Origin: Schmidtea polychroa
Taxonomy: Eukaryota
DNA: 64,000 bases
Assembly (NCBI GenBank): GCA_044892525.1
Contig: CM097885.1
Span: 12,650,001 to 12,714,000 of the forward strand
Reading direction: 5' to 3'
This document shows positions 49,615-60,944 of the stretch, piece by piece (within the stretch, counting starts at the first letter, position 1; the number at the start of each line of letters is the position of its first letter). The position numbers were made by a program, and so were the translations under genes. The notes under the pieces were generated by a model. That model was given only the letters and a program-made list of their open reading frames with translations, made no database searches and was not told where the DNA came from.

Positions 49615-50624
49615 TTAAAAAAATAAGACTTTATTCTTCTGAGCACCATCTGGCACCAATACTCGGATATCAAAAGAAACTCTTGTTGAGAGGATATCTT
49701 TATACAATTCTCTCAATGCTTTACGAACTTCATCAACATCAACCTTTTTTTCATAAAATATTAAATCTATATATTGTACAAGTGAACTAGAAAAATGAAT
49801 ATTCTTACTTTTAACTTTATGTAGTCCATGTGAATGAGTATTAACATACCAATCTCCGTGTGGTAAATCATAACTAGTCATTATAACATCACCCTTTTCA
49901 AGCTTACTATTATAATCACATTTCACAAACCATTTCATTCTTTCATTATCATCATCAAACAAAAAGAAATAACGATCAATAATTTTTACAACCATAAAAA
50001 CACCCCATTCTTTACTGTTTGTTGTTATTAAACTTGGTTCTATAAAATGTTTATATGTATGGGGTAATAATGTTTTATTCTGTTCTAATTCAGCAGCTCT
50101 TTTTCTAATACTATGTGTGGTGTTAATGTGTGTTCCATGAGACTCTAAATTTGAAATTCTTTTATTAAATGATGTAATCATCTCATTTATTATATTATAT
50201 ATTGCATTAAATTTAGTATTCATAATTTGTTTATCTTTAGAATTTAATATAGCAGTATTTAACTTTACAACTTGTTCAGTTAACAGACTTTGTAACTTGT
50301 CAAATTTATCATTAAATCGTTGTTCGATATTATTAAGCTTTGATTCCATTGAATCAATTTTGTTGTTAATGAACTTTCAATTCTTGTTGTTGTTAAATCA
50401 GTATATTTTTTAACACCATCTACATATTTCTTATTAACTGCATCAGCTTCATCAGTTGGAAAAGATAATTCTTTTATCTTGTGTCCATTTAAAATTAAAT
50501 CACCCTTCATTGAATCACCTCTTTCATTAATATATTTATTTTCTGTTAAAGTTAATATTTCTTCTGTATTAAACCCTGTTTTTATTGTTCCACCACCTCT
50601 ATTACATGGAATATAAGAACTCAT
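49615..50624 (-). pseudogene. Putative fiber-like protein, split by a 1-nt frameshift near 50360
   Basis: YINERGDSMKGDL.LNGHKIKEL..PT...DAVNKKYVD fiber-type motif, then coiled coil, IRKR site and globular C-terminus. Confidence 0.6.
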
Positions 50625-50648
50625 TTATTAATAATTTAAAATGAATCT

Positions 50649-51413
50649 TCAAACCTGTTTCAAATGTAAATACATTGAAATCTCTTCTCCATTAAAATCA
50701 ATCAATTCTCCTTCTTGATTAAGAATTTTAAAATTAATATCCATTATATATTTTCTACATAAAGGTAAATAATTTGGAGGATTCATTCTTTCAACTATTT
50801 TATATCCCATAGGAACTGTGTTTGAGGGAAAGGAATATAAAACATTTGTTTGTTTACCATTATTATAAGAACCTGTTATACAATCGCAATGAATATTTAT
50901 TGTGTTTGTATTTATTATTTTTATAATATGTTCTGATGTTATTATTTTATCTTCTTTTATTGTTATATCCATATGTTTAAATCCTAAAACTGTGTGAAAG
51001 AAACAATTATCTAAAAAACTAATTTTTATATTCTTCAAAGTCATTACACATTTTGAAGTTGGTATATCCGTTTTAATTTTAATACCTTCATTTGTTTTTT
51101 TAGAAAGTATATCATTTAAATCTTTTATCTCATATGCCCCAGGTTCTATTGTTATAATTTCTGGTTTATGCCCATCACGAGTTTGAATAGTAAATTTATT
51201 ATTATCTTTAGTTATATTAAAAATAGTATTATAAGCACAAAACCATAATAGCCCCAATTCATAATTTAAATTTTGATCTAATTTAATTGAATCTTGAAAG
51301 TTTATAGTAAACTCTGATTCTTTTGAATTTATAGATAAAGTTCTTGAATATTTATCTGACATTATGTTTACCATTTTTTTTAAATTATTTTCCGGAGGGT
51401 TGTGAAGCTCCAT
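50649..51413 (-). CDS. Polinton minor capsid (penton-like) protein
   Basis: YNTIFNIT..NNKF, IEPGAYEIKDLN, NIHCDCITGSY, YLPL, NQEGELIDFNGE...LHLK. Confidence 0.85.
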   Translation of the reverse strand: MELHNPPENNLKKMVNIMSDKYSRTLSINSKESEFTINFQDSIKLDQNLNYELGLLWFCAYNTIFNITKDNNKFTIQTRDGHKPEIITIEPGAYEIKDLNDILSKKTNEGIKIKTDIPTSKCVMTLKNIKISFLDNCFFHTVLGFKHMDITIKEDKIITSEHIIKIINTNTINIHCDCITGSYNNGKQTNVLYSFPSNTVPMGYKIVERMNPPNYLPLCRKYIMDINFKILNQEGELIDFNGEEISMYLHLKQV

Positions 51414-51461
51414 TTCTTTAGTAGTAAATTCATATAGTAAAAATCCTTATAGTAAAAATCC

Positions 51462-52776
51462 TTATAGTAGAGATTCTAGATTATTATAAATTTCTTGAAT
51501 TATAGATTCAAAATCCTGCGTATGCCCCTTTCCCTCTCCCTTATTCAATCTATACAAAACATATAAACTTAAAATACCACATATTTTAGTATTCAAAGGT
51601 TTGAACTTGTAAAGAGTTAAAAGTATAACCATTTGGGGAATCAATCGGAGAACCCCTCAAGAGATAATCTTCAACTTCTTTAGTAGGTTTAATCCCAAAA
51701 GAATCAAAGTAGATAGATTTCTTATATATACAAACCCAATGAGATCCTTTTTCATTTAAATTTTGATAATTGATTATTATATTCAGGGGACTCTCCAGAC
51801 TTGATAATTCATCATTCATTAATATTTTAATTTTTAAATTTAAATAATTTGCATAATCTTTTAAATCAAAATTTGTTTTTGTATTTATTCCAAATGTTTT
51901 TAAAAAATCTAAATTAAATTTATCTTTTGAAATTATTCCTTGTTTTAACAAATCTTTAGAAATCTTTAAAATATCAGAATCTAAATTATTATGTCCTGCT
52001 TTCCTTGCAGCTAATAGTTTTCTTAATTCAATAAAAAGATTGATGGGATTTGGTTTACCACCTTCACTAATTAATCCCTCTCCCTCTGTAACAACATAAC
52101 CCTTTTCATTTTTATCTAAATAATTCTTTAAATCTTGAATATATTTTGCTTTAGAACTAGCTCTTATTAATCTTATTAAATTTAAATATTTTTTAATTTC
52201 TTCAACATCATCTGAAGAATATCCACAAAGTAATCTATAAAAATCATCTGTAAATTCAAAGTCTAAATATTCATTATTATAAACATTTTGTGAATGAATA
52301 CGTGATTTATTTTCTGAATTTGAATATAAAGTAAAGTTTTGTTTATTAATTGTTATTATTTGATATCCTTCAGTATTAGTATTAAATGTGGGTCTAATTG
52401 AAGGAGGTAAATCATCTCTAATTTTAGGATCAACTTTAAGAGGTTTTGTTTTTAAAAACATTTCTTCTTCTTCCACATTAGAAATTCTTCTGCGTTTTCT
52501 TTGATTTCTTTCAGGATGGTTTTCACTGGATTCTTTTTCTTTATCCTGCCACTCTAGTTCTTTTATTTTTTGTTTTTTATCTTCTAACTCTTTCAATTTT
52601 GCTTGCTCATTGAAATCTTCCAACTCTTTTATAGCTTTAATTGTTGGCCCCTGTTGTTGTGTTATTACCTCATTTAATATTATAGATTCAGCATGTTGAG
52701 TTGTATCTTTTTTATTATATTTATCTTGTTCTGATTGTAATTTTTTTAATAGTGCTAATCTTTCTTCATATACCAT
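51462..52776 (-). pseudogene. Adenain-type protease with long N-terminal extension; frameshift near 51600 separates the catalytic Cys
   Basis: IINY...KGSHWVC, YFDSFG, QVQ; KICG in the shifted frame (ORF 51462..51644). Confidence 0.85.
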
Positions 52777-52798
52777 TTTAATGGTATCAAAAATGGTA

Positions 52799-53368
52799 TC
52801 ATAGTTCGAAGGGCTTCAAGTATAATCCTTTACCATTTTTAGTTTTACAAAGGCATCCATTCTTTAAAGATTTACATATTTTTTTTAAATCTTCTTTATC
52901 TTTTGAAGATAAAGATTCAGATGTAGATTTTTGATTTTTTAAAAAATCATTTAAACCTCTACCTTTATAAGGATCAAGATAGAGACCTTTGCCCTGAGAC
53001 TTTTGCCGACTCCTCTCATATGGATTAAGATAGAGACCCTTTCCAACGGACACTCCCCCTTTAGCTTGCCCTACCTTCTTCATTGAATCGATTTCAGTTT
53101 GTAGTTTTTCTTTTTCTAGGTGTGTCTTTTGAGATTCTTTAGCTTTTTGAACTGTAGTTGCAATTCCTCCAGCTATTCCAGCAGCACCTGATAGTCCGGC
53201 AATGATTGCAGGTATTAAAGCAGCTAATGGAAGAATGCCACCTTCTTTAATCTTCGATCTAACTTGTTCTTTTACATGTTTTCCAATAAAATATTTTTTA
53301 CCATCAATTACTACTGATTTATTTTTATTTGAATTTATTAATTCTTGCAAAGATTCTTCAGTTGTCAT
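52799..53368 (-). CDS. Basic virion-precursor-like protein with hydrophobic helix and repeated GKGLYLxP
   Basis: KEGG followed by ILPLAALIPAIIAGL; three GKGLYL(N/D/K)P repeats. Confidence 0.75.
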   Translation of the reverse strand: MTTEESLQELINSNKNKSVVIDGKKYFIGKHVKEQVRSKIKEGGILPLAALIPAIIAGLSGAAGIAGGIATTVQKAKESQKTHLEKEKLQTEIDSMKKVGQAKGGVSVGKGLYLNPYERSRQKSQGKGLYLDPYKGRGLNDFLKNQKSTSESLSSKDKEDLKKICKSLKNGCLCKTKNGKGLYLKPFEL

Positions 53369-54175
53369 TTTATAATAAACAAAATGGATATTTGGAAACC
53401 AATTTTAAATAGACATAAGAGTAAATTTAATAATAAAGTATTTCCTGATAATTTTAGATTATTAATTGTTGGTTCTTCTGGATGTGGAAAGAATGTACTT
53501 GTTTTGAGAATGTTACTTGAAGATGATTTTTTAGATTATAATAATTTAATCTTTTATTCTACAACCATAAATCAACCAGAATTACAACTTTTGAAATGTG
53601 GATTTGAAAATAAATTAACTAAAAAAGCAATAATTGATATTTTTAAAAATCAACATAGGTGTCCTGAAGAAGTTTTTCAACCTTGTGATATGGTTGATTG
53701 GTATAAGGAAAAGATTTTAGAATCAGATATTAGTAATAAAAATGATTATATTTGTGAAGAAGGGCAGGAGGCAATTCAAGTTTTATTCTCTAATAAACCT
53801 GAAGATGTTTTACATTGTGATTTACTTCCTAAAGATAAAAAGAATCTAGTTATATTTGATGATGTTGTTAATATGAAAAATCAAGAGATTCAAAAGAGTT
53901 ACTTTACACGAGGTCGACATAATAATTGTAATGTTATTTATATATCTCAAACATATTATGCTTTAGATAAAAATTCAATAAGAAATAATTCCAATTGTTT
54001 TATATTTTTTAAATTAGATCGCCGTGATAAGAATATGATTTATAATGATTTATTTTCAAATGTTGAACCTGATAAGAATATGTTTGATATGTTTGTTGAT
54101 AATCATTGGAAAGAAAAATATAATTATATTTATTTGGATAGAGAAGAAGCTGAAATATGGAAAAGTTTGTTTTAG
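53345..54175 (+). CDS. Packaging ATPase (A32/FtsK-like); likely ATG at 53384
   Basis: Walker A GSSGCGKN, Walker B LVIFDD, RGRH, YISQ, IRNN. Confidence 0.93.
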   Translation: MQRFFSCHFIINKMDIWKPILNRHKSKFNNKVFPDNFRLLIVGSSGCGKNVLVLRMLLEDDFLDYNNLIFYSTTINQPELQLLKCGFENKLTKKAIIDIFKNQHRCPEEVFQPCDMVDWYKEKILESDISNKNDYICEEGQEAIQVLFSNKPEDVLHCDLLPKDKKNLVIFDDVVNMKNQEIQKSYFTRGRHNNCNVIYISQTYYALDKNSIRNNSNCFIFFKLDRRDKNMIYNDLFSNVEPDKNMFDMFVDNHWKEKYNYIYLDREEAEIWKSLF

Positions 54176-54186
54176 GGCTTGTCGAC

Positions 54187-55590
54187 TTAAAAATCTGTTT
54201 TCTGTAGTTCATTATTATAAAATCTACCTAATATTTTTTCATTATTTAAATCAAAGATGCTATATGTTATTGGAGTTGTATAATGTATTTTATTTATAAT
54301 AAAAATTTCATTTGTCCATTTTGCTGTGAATCCTTTTTCAAATTTATTTTTATATTTAAATATTCTTACTCGGTCACCAATTTTAAACTTTGGTTTTTCA
54401 ATAACATCATTTTCAATATTTACCACTTTAATGGTTTCAGGCTTCATGGAAGCATTTAAAGGTGTTAATTTTATAGAACTATGTACATCATTATTATATT
54501 CATTTACAATCTTTTGTAACAATTCATTGTTCCATTTTTGTTTTCCAATAGCAGTAAAATATTTCCACATTTTATTTTTTAATGTTCTATTTAATCTTTC
54601 AACTACGACTGCTTTTCCTTCGTTTTCTGTTGAATATAATTTAATATCATTTTCATTTAAAAACTTTGTAAAAACTTTGTTATAAAATTCTGTTCCTTTA
54701 TCACACCATAAATATTTTGGGATTCTTTGATTTTCTTCAAATATATTTTCAAATGCTTCTCTAATAGAATATCCTGTTTTATTTTCTAAACATCTTGCAA
54801 AAGCAAATCTTGTATATAAATCTATTACAGTTAAAATTATTTTATATTTTTCAGGGTCTGATGATTTGGGCATAAAGACTAAATCTGCAGACCATGTTTG
54901 ATCTTTTTCATGTACTTGAACTTTTAAATATTTATTATTTTTTCTAAATTCATGGTGTAATTCCTTTGCATATTTTATTTCTGATTCTGTTGGGGTTTGT
55001 AAACTAGTCTTGGCTGTACTCTCGAGGGATCTTTCAATCTCTGCTTGTTCGATAATCTTTTTATAAGCAACATCTTTTGCTTTCCTAGGAAGTCTTGCAC
55101 CCATGGTGATCGGACTGTGTCCTAAGCCTATGAAAATCTTACCTTTCATTGCTAATTTAACTAGAGCTCTTTGAATCTTTTCTTGGGTTGATGGATTTTG
55201 GATACTATTTAAATCATGTATTAAATTCACATCTGCAACATGTCTATCTCTAAGATTTGTTGAATTGTATGCAATGTCATGTTTTAAAGCTGCTTGATCA
55301 ATTCTATTTATTGGTTCTTCTCCTTGTTTGGGATTATTATTTTCATCTAATCTAATATCTAGACTTGTTCCTGGTCCGGTATAGTTGTGTTTAAATAAAT
55401 GTCTTTCACCTGGATATTTTTCTGTAGTAAAAGGTTTTAATATTGAAGATGTTGTTTTTGAAGATTGTAGGTCGCCTCCGGCTCGTGGAATCATGTCGCC
55501 TCCGATATGTTTTTTAGTTTTTAGATGACTTGCTTTATGATGTCTTGTAACTTGACAATTACAACTTTCACTTCTCCAATAGAGAGACAT
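54187..55590 (-). CDS. Retroviral-like integrase with N-terminal parvovirus-type phospholipase A2 domain
   Basis: HNYTGPGT...NRIDQAALKHDIAY; WSADL, CDKGTEF, ERLNRTLK, KFKIGDRVRI. Confidence 0.92.
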   Translation of the reverse strand: MSLYWRSESCNCQVTRHHKASHLKTKKHIGGDMIPRAGGDLQSSKTTSSILKPFTTEKYPGERHLFKHNYTGPGTSLDIRLDENNNPKQGEEPINRIDQAALKHDIAYNSTNLRDRHVADVNLIHDLNSIQNPSTQEKIQRALVKLAMKGKIFIGLGHSPITMGARLPRKAKDVAYKKIIEQAEIERSLESTAKTSLQTPTESEIKYAKELHHEFRKNNKYLKVQVHEKDQTWSADLVFMPKSSDPEKYKIILTVIDLYTRFAFARCLENKTGYSIREAFENIFEENQRIPKYLWCDKGTEFYNKVFTKFLNENDIKLYSTENEGKAVVVERLNRTLKNKMWKYFTAIGKQKWNNELLQKIVNEYNNDVHSSIKLTPLNASMKPETIKVVNIENDVIEKPKFKIGDRVRIFKYKNKFEKGFTAKWTNEIFIINKIHYTTPITYSIFDLNNEKILGRFYNNELQKTDF

Positions 55591-55607
55591 TTTAAAATGT
55601 TAAAATA

Positions 55608-56894
55608 TTAAGAATCTCCCCTAACATTTTCGATTATTGAAATCTTTCCACCATATAATTTCATTTCTATTTTCTTTTCTTCTAATATTAATGTATATAC
55701 TTTAGCTTTAAAATTAGAATCCTTTGTTATATGAAGTGTAATATCAACATTATTTATGGCTAGGCGATCATCTTGGTCTGAAACATTTATACAAAATATA
55801 GAATATAAATTTTTGAAATCTTCTAAACTTAATTGCGGTTCAACTTTGAAATCATAACATGTTTCAATATAATTTAGATATGGGAATATGTTTTCATTAT
55901 TTTCAATATTAAATTCCATTCTATTTATTGGATAATAAGAACTATTTAATTGAATTTGGATTGTTTTTAAATTATCAACTCCAATCTTTTGAATAAACAA
56001 GTTGTTATTTTTTTGGAAAGATTAATCTACTTCTTTGAATCCAATCAAGATATATCTTGGTCGGTATGCTAAATTTGCTACCTTTATAGAATATGTTGAA
56101 CCCTCTGTCATACTAAATTCACTACAGATTCTATTTAAATAATTTACATTTATAGACTTGTTGGAATTTAATCTTTCAAGGAGTTTGATTTCAGAATGTG
56201 GATTTAATGTCCATTCAGGTATATGCCATTCAAGTGTTGATATTTTTAATTTAGCTGTTGTATCCTTATCTCCATAGAACAATCTTTTATCACCTTCTAC
56301 TCTATTACAAACTAATTCTATAAAAACATTATGAAGTATACGATTATAGTTTTGAAGGAATCCAAACAAGTGTTTTAATTCAAAATAACCTTCAAATTTT
56401 TTAGATTTATAAAGTTCAGCTCTTTTATAGTAACCATAATTTATATCTAAACCATCTTTATCTAAATCTCCTTTATTAACATCAGGAATCCAGCCTGTTA
56501 ATTCACCATATTCGTTTTTATAATCACAACCAGTTAAAATAAAATTTAACATTGTAGAATATACTCCTGGATGTAAAACAGTTTCAATTTCTGATGATCC
56601 TAGTTTTAATCTCATATTGGAGAATAAATTTGGAAAGAAATTATTTTCTAGGGTTATATCTTTGTTTGCTTCAATTTCTAATTCGATTTTATAATATAAT
56701 TTGGCATTACAAATATCTATAGGGTTTGATGTTTGAAGAGATTGAAAAACTATATCACCCCTACGATTTAAGTTTGCAATAGATCCTGAAGTTGGGGAGA
56801 TTTTAAGTACATCGTTTTTCTTGATTTCATGAGTAAATTCTTTATTATAATCAAGATTTAATTTATTTTTTTCTTGAATTTTTATATTATTCAT
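55608..56894 (-). pseudogene. Polinton major capsid protein, in-frame TAA at 56022
   Basis: NNFFPNLFSNMRLKLG, LKHLFGFL, RPRYILIGF, LNSSYYP, IFCINVS; two ORFs in one frame (~428 aa). Confidence 0.82.
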
Positions 56895-56950
56895 TTTTAT
56901 ATATTAAAATTTACACACACAAAATAGGATTAAATAAATATATTATGTAA

Positions 56951-57032
56951 GCCATTATAGCGGAGTGGGAATAGGCTTCAATTTTATCACCGGGAGTACC
57001 GGGTTCAATTTTCGATTTTGGTCAATTTTTTT
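56951..57032 (+). ncRNA. tRNA-like Pol III unit 1
   Basis: A box TAGCGGAGTGG at position 8, B-box-like GGTTCAATT, T7 terminator. Confidence 0.55.
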
Positions 57033-57195
57033 CGATATTTTTTTTTTCAACGGAATCTGATTCAGCGTACTGATTTTAGTATTTATTTAAATTTTCAGAT
57101 GGATCTGAGTGGTAGTTGTCGAGAAAATGAATAATTAATTATTAATTTCATCAAAAAATAGTCACACATTAACAACTTATTTTATATTGAGTATA

Positions 57196-57276
57196 GCTCT
57201 AATAGCTTAGTGGTAATATCACTCGACTGCATTGCCAATACCAATGGGTTCAAAGCCCATTTCGGTCATTTTTTTT
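57196..57276 (+). ncRNA. tRNA-like Pol III unit 2
   Basis: A box TAGCTTAGTGG at position 8, perfect T-arm AATGGG-TTCAAAG-CCCATT, T8 terminator; GACTGCA resembles a tRNA-Cys anticodon loop. Confidence 0.65.
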
Positions 57277-57431
57277 CAAATTTTTTTAACGAAATATTGA
57301 TCAGCATACTCGATTTAGTACTTGTACAAATTTTTAAGGTGATTGGTCAACGGCAACTCTTGGAAATTTAAGATCAAAAACGTTTTAACTACCAAAAATT
57401 AATATATCCAATAAAAAAAATATTTATAAAA

Positions 57432-57701
57432 ATGGATGAGTTAAAAGAAAGAATGAGAAATGAATTGAATGAAGTTAAACATAAGAGAATGAAAAGAAGA
57501 GAAGAAGAACCATTAGAATACATCAAAGAGTTGATGGTAGATAATGAAAAGTATCGACATTTTTATATGAAGGCTGTAGATGTTGCTGATATAAGATTGA
57601 AGAAAATGAAACAATTACAGGAAAGAGTTAAAGAACTTGAATCGATTATTTATAGTCTAAAAAATAACAAAAATCCAAACCTAGATAGCGCAGTGGGCTA
57701 G
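57432..57701 (+). CDS. Small coiled-coil protein
   Basis: 89-aa ORF with AAAATG context, E/K/R-rich helix. Confidence 0.6.
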   Translation: MDELKERMRNELNEVKHKRMKRREEEPLEYIKELMVDNEKYRHFYMKAVDVADIRLKKMKQLQERVKELESIIYSLKNNKNPNLDSAVG

Positions 57702-57760
57702 ACCGGCACCGTGGTTCAAATGGATAGCGGTTCAAATCCTAACTGTGGTTAGTTTTTTTT
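57679..57760 (+). ncRNA. tRNA-like Pol III unit 3
   Basis: A box TAGCGCAGTGG, B box GGTTCAAATCC, T8 terminator; diverged mirror of 44468-44539. Confidence 0.6.
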
Positions 57761-58567
57761 CAACATAAAATAATATTAAAAATTTGAAAATAATAGTGTG
57801 GGTATCTTAGATTTATAAAGTAGTTGTATATTTTATTTATTTTTATTTTATTTTATTTATTTTATTAATTATTTTATTTTTTAAACATAAATATGAAAAA
57901 AAAATTATTGAAACGGGTGATGGTGGCGAACCGGTAATTATCGCCACCTGTCTTTCGAACACCCCCGGATCGATTCTTTAATGTGCACATTTATTTCTCA
58001 GTTGTTTTCGGACCTCTTTCGGATTCACTTTCGAATTCATTTGTACTTTCGAGCAGCACGCTTAAAACGCCGATGAAATCGTATTCGAGCGAGAAGCGAA
58101 TAATAAGGTGTGCTGCTATTATCGGATTGATTCTGATGTATGAGTCTGGCCAGCTTGTATATTGGAAGAGATTCGATAAACGAAAGAGGTTGATAAATAA
58201 AAAAATGATCCGGATCAAAAAAAACTGTTGAGGGGACAGTGAAAAAAAAAATAAATACCACTGTCCCCTCAGAGCAGTTTTACTATTTTTCATTTATTTT
58301 TTAATTTATATAATTTAAAATCAATAATCTGATAAAGATCAAATAGCCCTCTAACTTTTTCATAATGCCATTTTCTTTTCTATTCTCTTTTTAGTTTGAA
58401 GCTTTTGAGTTTGAGGCTTTAAAGATTAATGGTGGTTGTTGTTTAAAATATGGGGTTAAAATACTATAAAAGTATAGGTTTTATGTTGTTTTTCTAATGG
58501 TTTAAGCATAATGGAGGTATGTTTTAGTTGGGAGGGTTGTGTTGGTTGGGTATATATACACACTACT
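57748..58567 (-). repeat. Right TIR of Polinton B
   Basis: Reverse complement of the left TIR. Confidence 0.95.
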
Positions 58568-58814
58568 CATAATGGACTGCTAGTAGATTTCTAGTAGACT
58601 TCAAAAATGCAAAAAATGTTTTGACATTAAATTTATTACAATATGAATATTTAAACACAAAAATCATTTATTATTGTGAACTGTGGAACCCATTTACCTC
58701 CAAGTTAACATTTTGACAAATATTTTTTGATTTTAATTATTACAGATTAAATTAAGTACCACAAATAGAGGATAAAATTTACAATTAAAATCAAATAGTA
58801 ATTTTAATTTGAAA

Positions 58815-59342
58815 TCTAATATATAAAGATGAAAGTTTGTTTGTTTTCTAAAGAATTCCACACCGTTGGACCTAGGGTGCTGAAATTTTGCATGTGGCTC
58901 TCATTTGACTTAGGACAGGTCATAGGCTATGTTCCAACCCCAGGTGACCACCCTTAAGGTACCCTTAGTCGGTTTTTGTCTGTCCGATCAGCAATTTTTA
59001 AATAATTTATTATATGCCTGCTACTTGTAGTTGAAAGTAATATAATTTAGTCAAAGGTTTTCAAAGCAGAATTCAAACATGGAGAATTTGAATTTTATTT
59101 GACTAGTGAACCACTTTGCAATTGGAAAAATATTGCCAGTTATTTTTAGATTTAAATTGGAGTGCGTTTTCGATTTTACAAATTGAAATTTATTTTGAAA
59201 GCTTTTCTTATTGTGAATTAAACATGGAATCGAAGCTCTTATAAAATTAATACTAGAACGTAATAACATCACTAAACAAAATTTATTTAAATTAATTATT
59301 ATAATAAATGTAAACTCGGGCGAAGATGGGTACAACAGCTAG
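58815..59342 (+). mobile_element. Non-autonomous Helitron-like element
   Basis: A|TCTAATATATAAAG 5' end; 3' hairpin remnant CTCGGGCGAAGATGGG then CTAG|T; no TSD. Confidence 0.75.
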
Positions 59343-60944
59343 TTATTTATAAATTGAGTTAGTTTAGCATTGATTAATCAATTGCCAAAATATTATTATT
59401 ACAATTTCCTATTATAAGGCTTGTGATTGGACAAATATATTTACTAAACTTTTCAGAGAAAAATGAGCTTTCATAGGATAGTCCTCTTTTTATTTCTAGT
59501 TCAATAAGGCTTTCCGTTTCAGTATAATACAGCAATAAACAAGCATTATAATAACAAATATACGCTAAGTAATTGTAATTTGTATTAAATAATTAATAAA
59601 TATTTCGAAATTTATTCTAAAACAAGTACAAAATAATATATTTAGGATAATCATACTTACGGCCGCTGTGTACCAGTTCACGACTAACCCAGTTATCTAT
59701 TTGCAGAGAAAGGGCAAGTTACCATAGGGTCAGTCAGCTTGTGATAGTTATATATAGTAATCAGTTACCTACAGCCATTGACCAATAACCAGTGACCGAT
59801 TAAAATATGCGTATCAATTGCCAAAATATTATTATTATCAATTGTTATATATAGTAACCAGTGACCAATAGTCAGTTAACCAAATGGAAATATACATTGG
59901 AAATGGTCTCATAAAATAGTAATTAAATATAATATGCAAGCAAATAATTATTATAAATTCCAATCTAGAAATTTATAGTTATTGATAACAACGACATGAA
60001 TGAATTACAAAGATTCAAATCATATCAACAATGAATGAACCATAAAGATCAAAATCATCGCGACAGATCAAGATCAAGTTCAAAACAGTAAATAATAGTT
60101 TGACAGCTATTGGCTACTCCTTGATCACATATATTAATATTCTCCCTCCCATTCATTGATTTGTACGATATTTTTAACATGTCAAAAGAAATTATTGATG
60201 AAAACCCCCATAACTTGGAAATGGTTATTTAGAAGCTGAATTTCTATATTCAATTGTATAGAGATTAATAATAATATTTATTATTGCATTAAATGTTTGA
60301 TTATCGATTGAAATTAAAAATTATTAAATATTCAAATCAATAAATTAAATTCATTTAAAATAGTTTTTGCTATTATTTAACACAGTGCGACGGTTTGAAC
60401 AGAAATCATTGCCTAAATTCGAATATTTAAACACCAATCAATAGAGAAAAGTCGATTTTAATTATTCTTTTTTATATTAAAAATAAAAGTTATGGCAACA
60501 TACAAAATTGTATATTTATTTCACAAAGTTCACAGCAACTAGAGTTTATTCTCCAGAATTCCTACTCAATTAATTTTTCCCATTTCTCGAGAAATTTTAC
60601 TTCAATTCCCGAGAATTATGAGAATTTCAACAAAATTACATTTACAATAAATCCGAGTAAAATGTTGTCATTTTAAACCGTAAGAATCTAGCCTAGGATT
60701 TAATCCTGCACGCTTACAGCTTTCTCAGTCATAATAAAAGGTTATATTGTCAAAATTGATACATTTGACATGCGTCACCATTGTTTTGGTTTGCTTTTTT
60801 ACCCCTGCAGCTACTGTCAATAATTTGCAGTTAAAATTAAATGAACTCATTTTTATATATCATTAAAGGTATTATTTGCATTTAAATTAAATCATTTTAA
60901 ATTACATTCGAACTTTTTATTTCAGTTTGTAATGCTGTAAAAAT

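Larger units (their letters stand above)
43647..58567 (+). mobile_element. Structurally complete Polinton/Maverick (element B, 14,921 bp)
   Basis: Termini AGTAGTGTGT../..ACACACTACT, 6-bp TSD CATAAT (43641-43646, 58568-58573), ~830-bp TIRs, pPolB, integrase, ATPase, protease, major and minor capsid. Confidence 0.98.

Noticed and set aside
56951..57760. Calling the tRNA-like units functional tRNA genes
   Set aside because: Acceptor and anticodon stems do not pair well; kept only as Pol III-type ncRNA candidates
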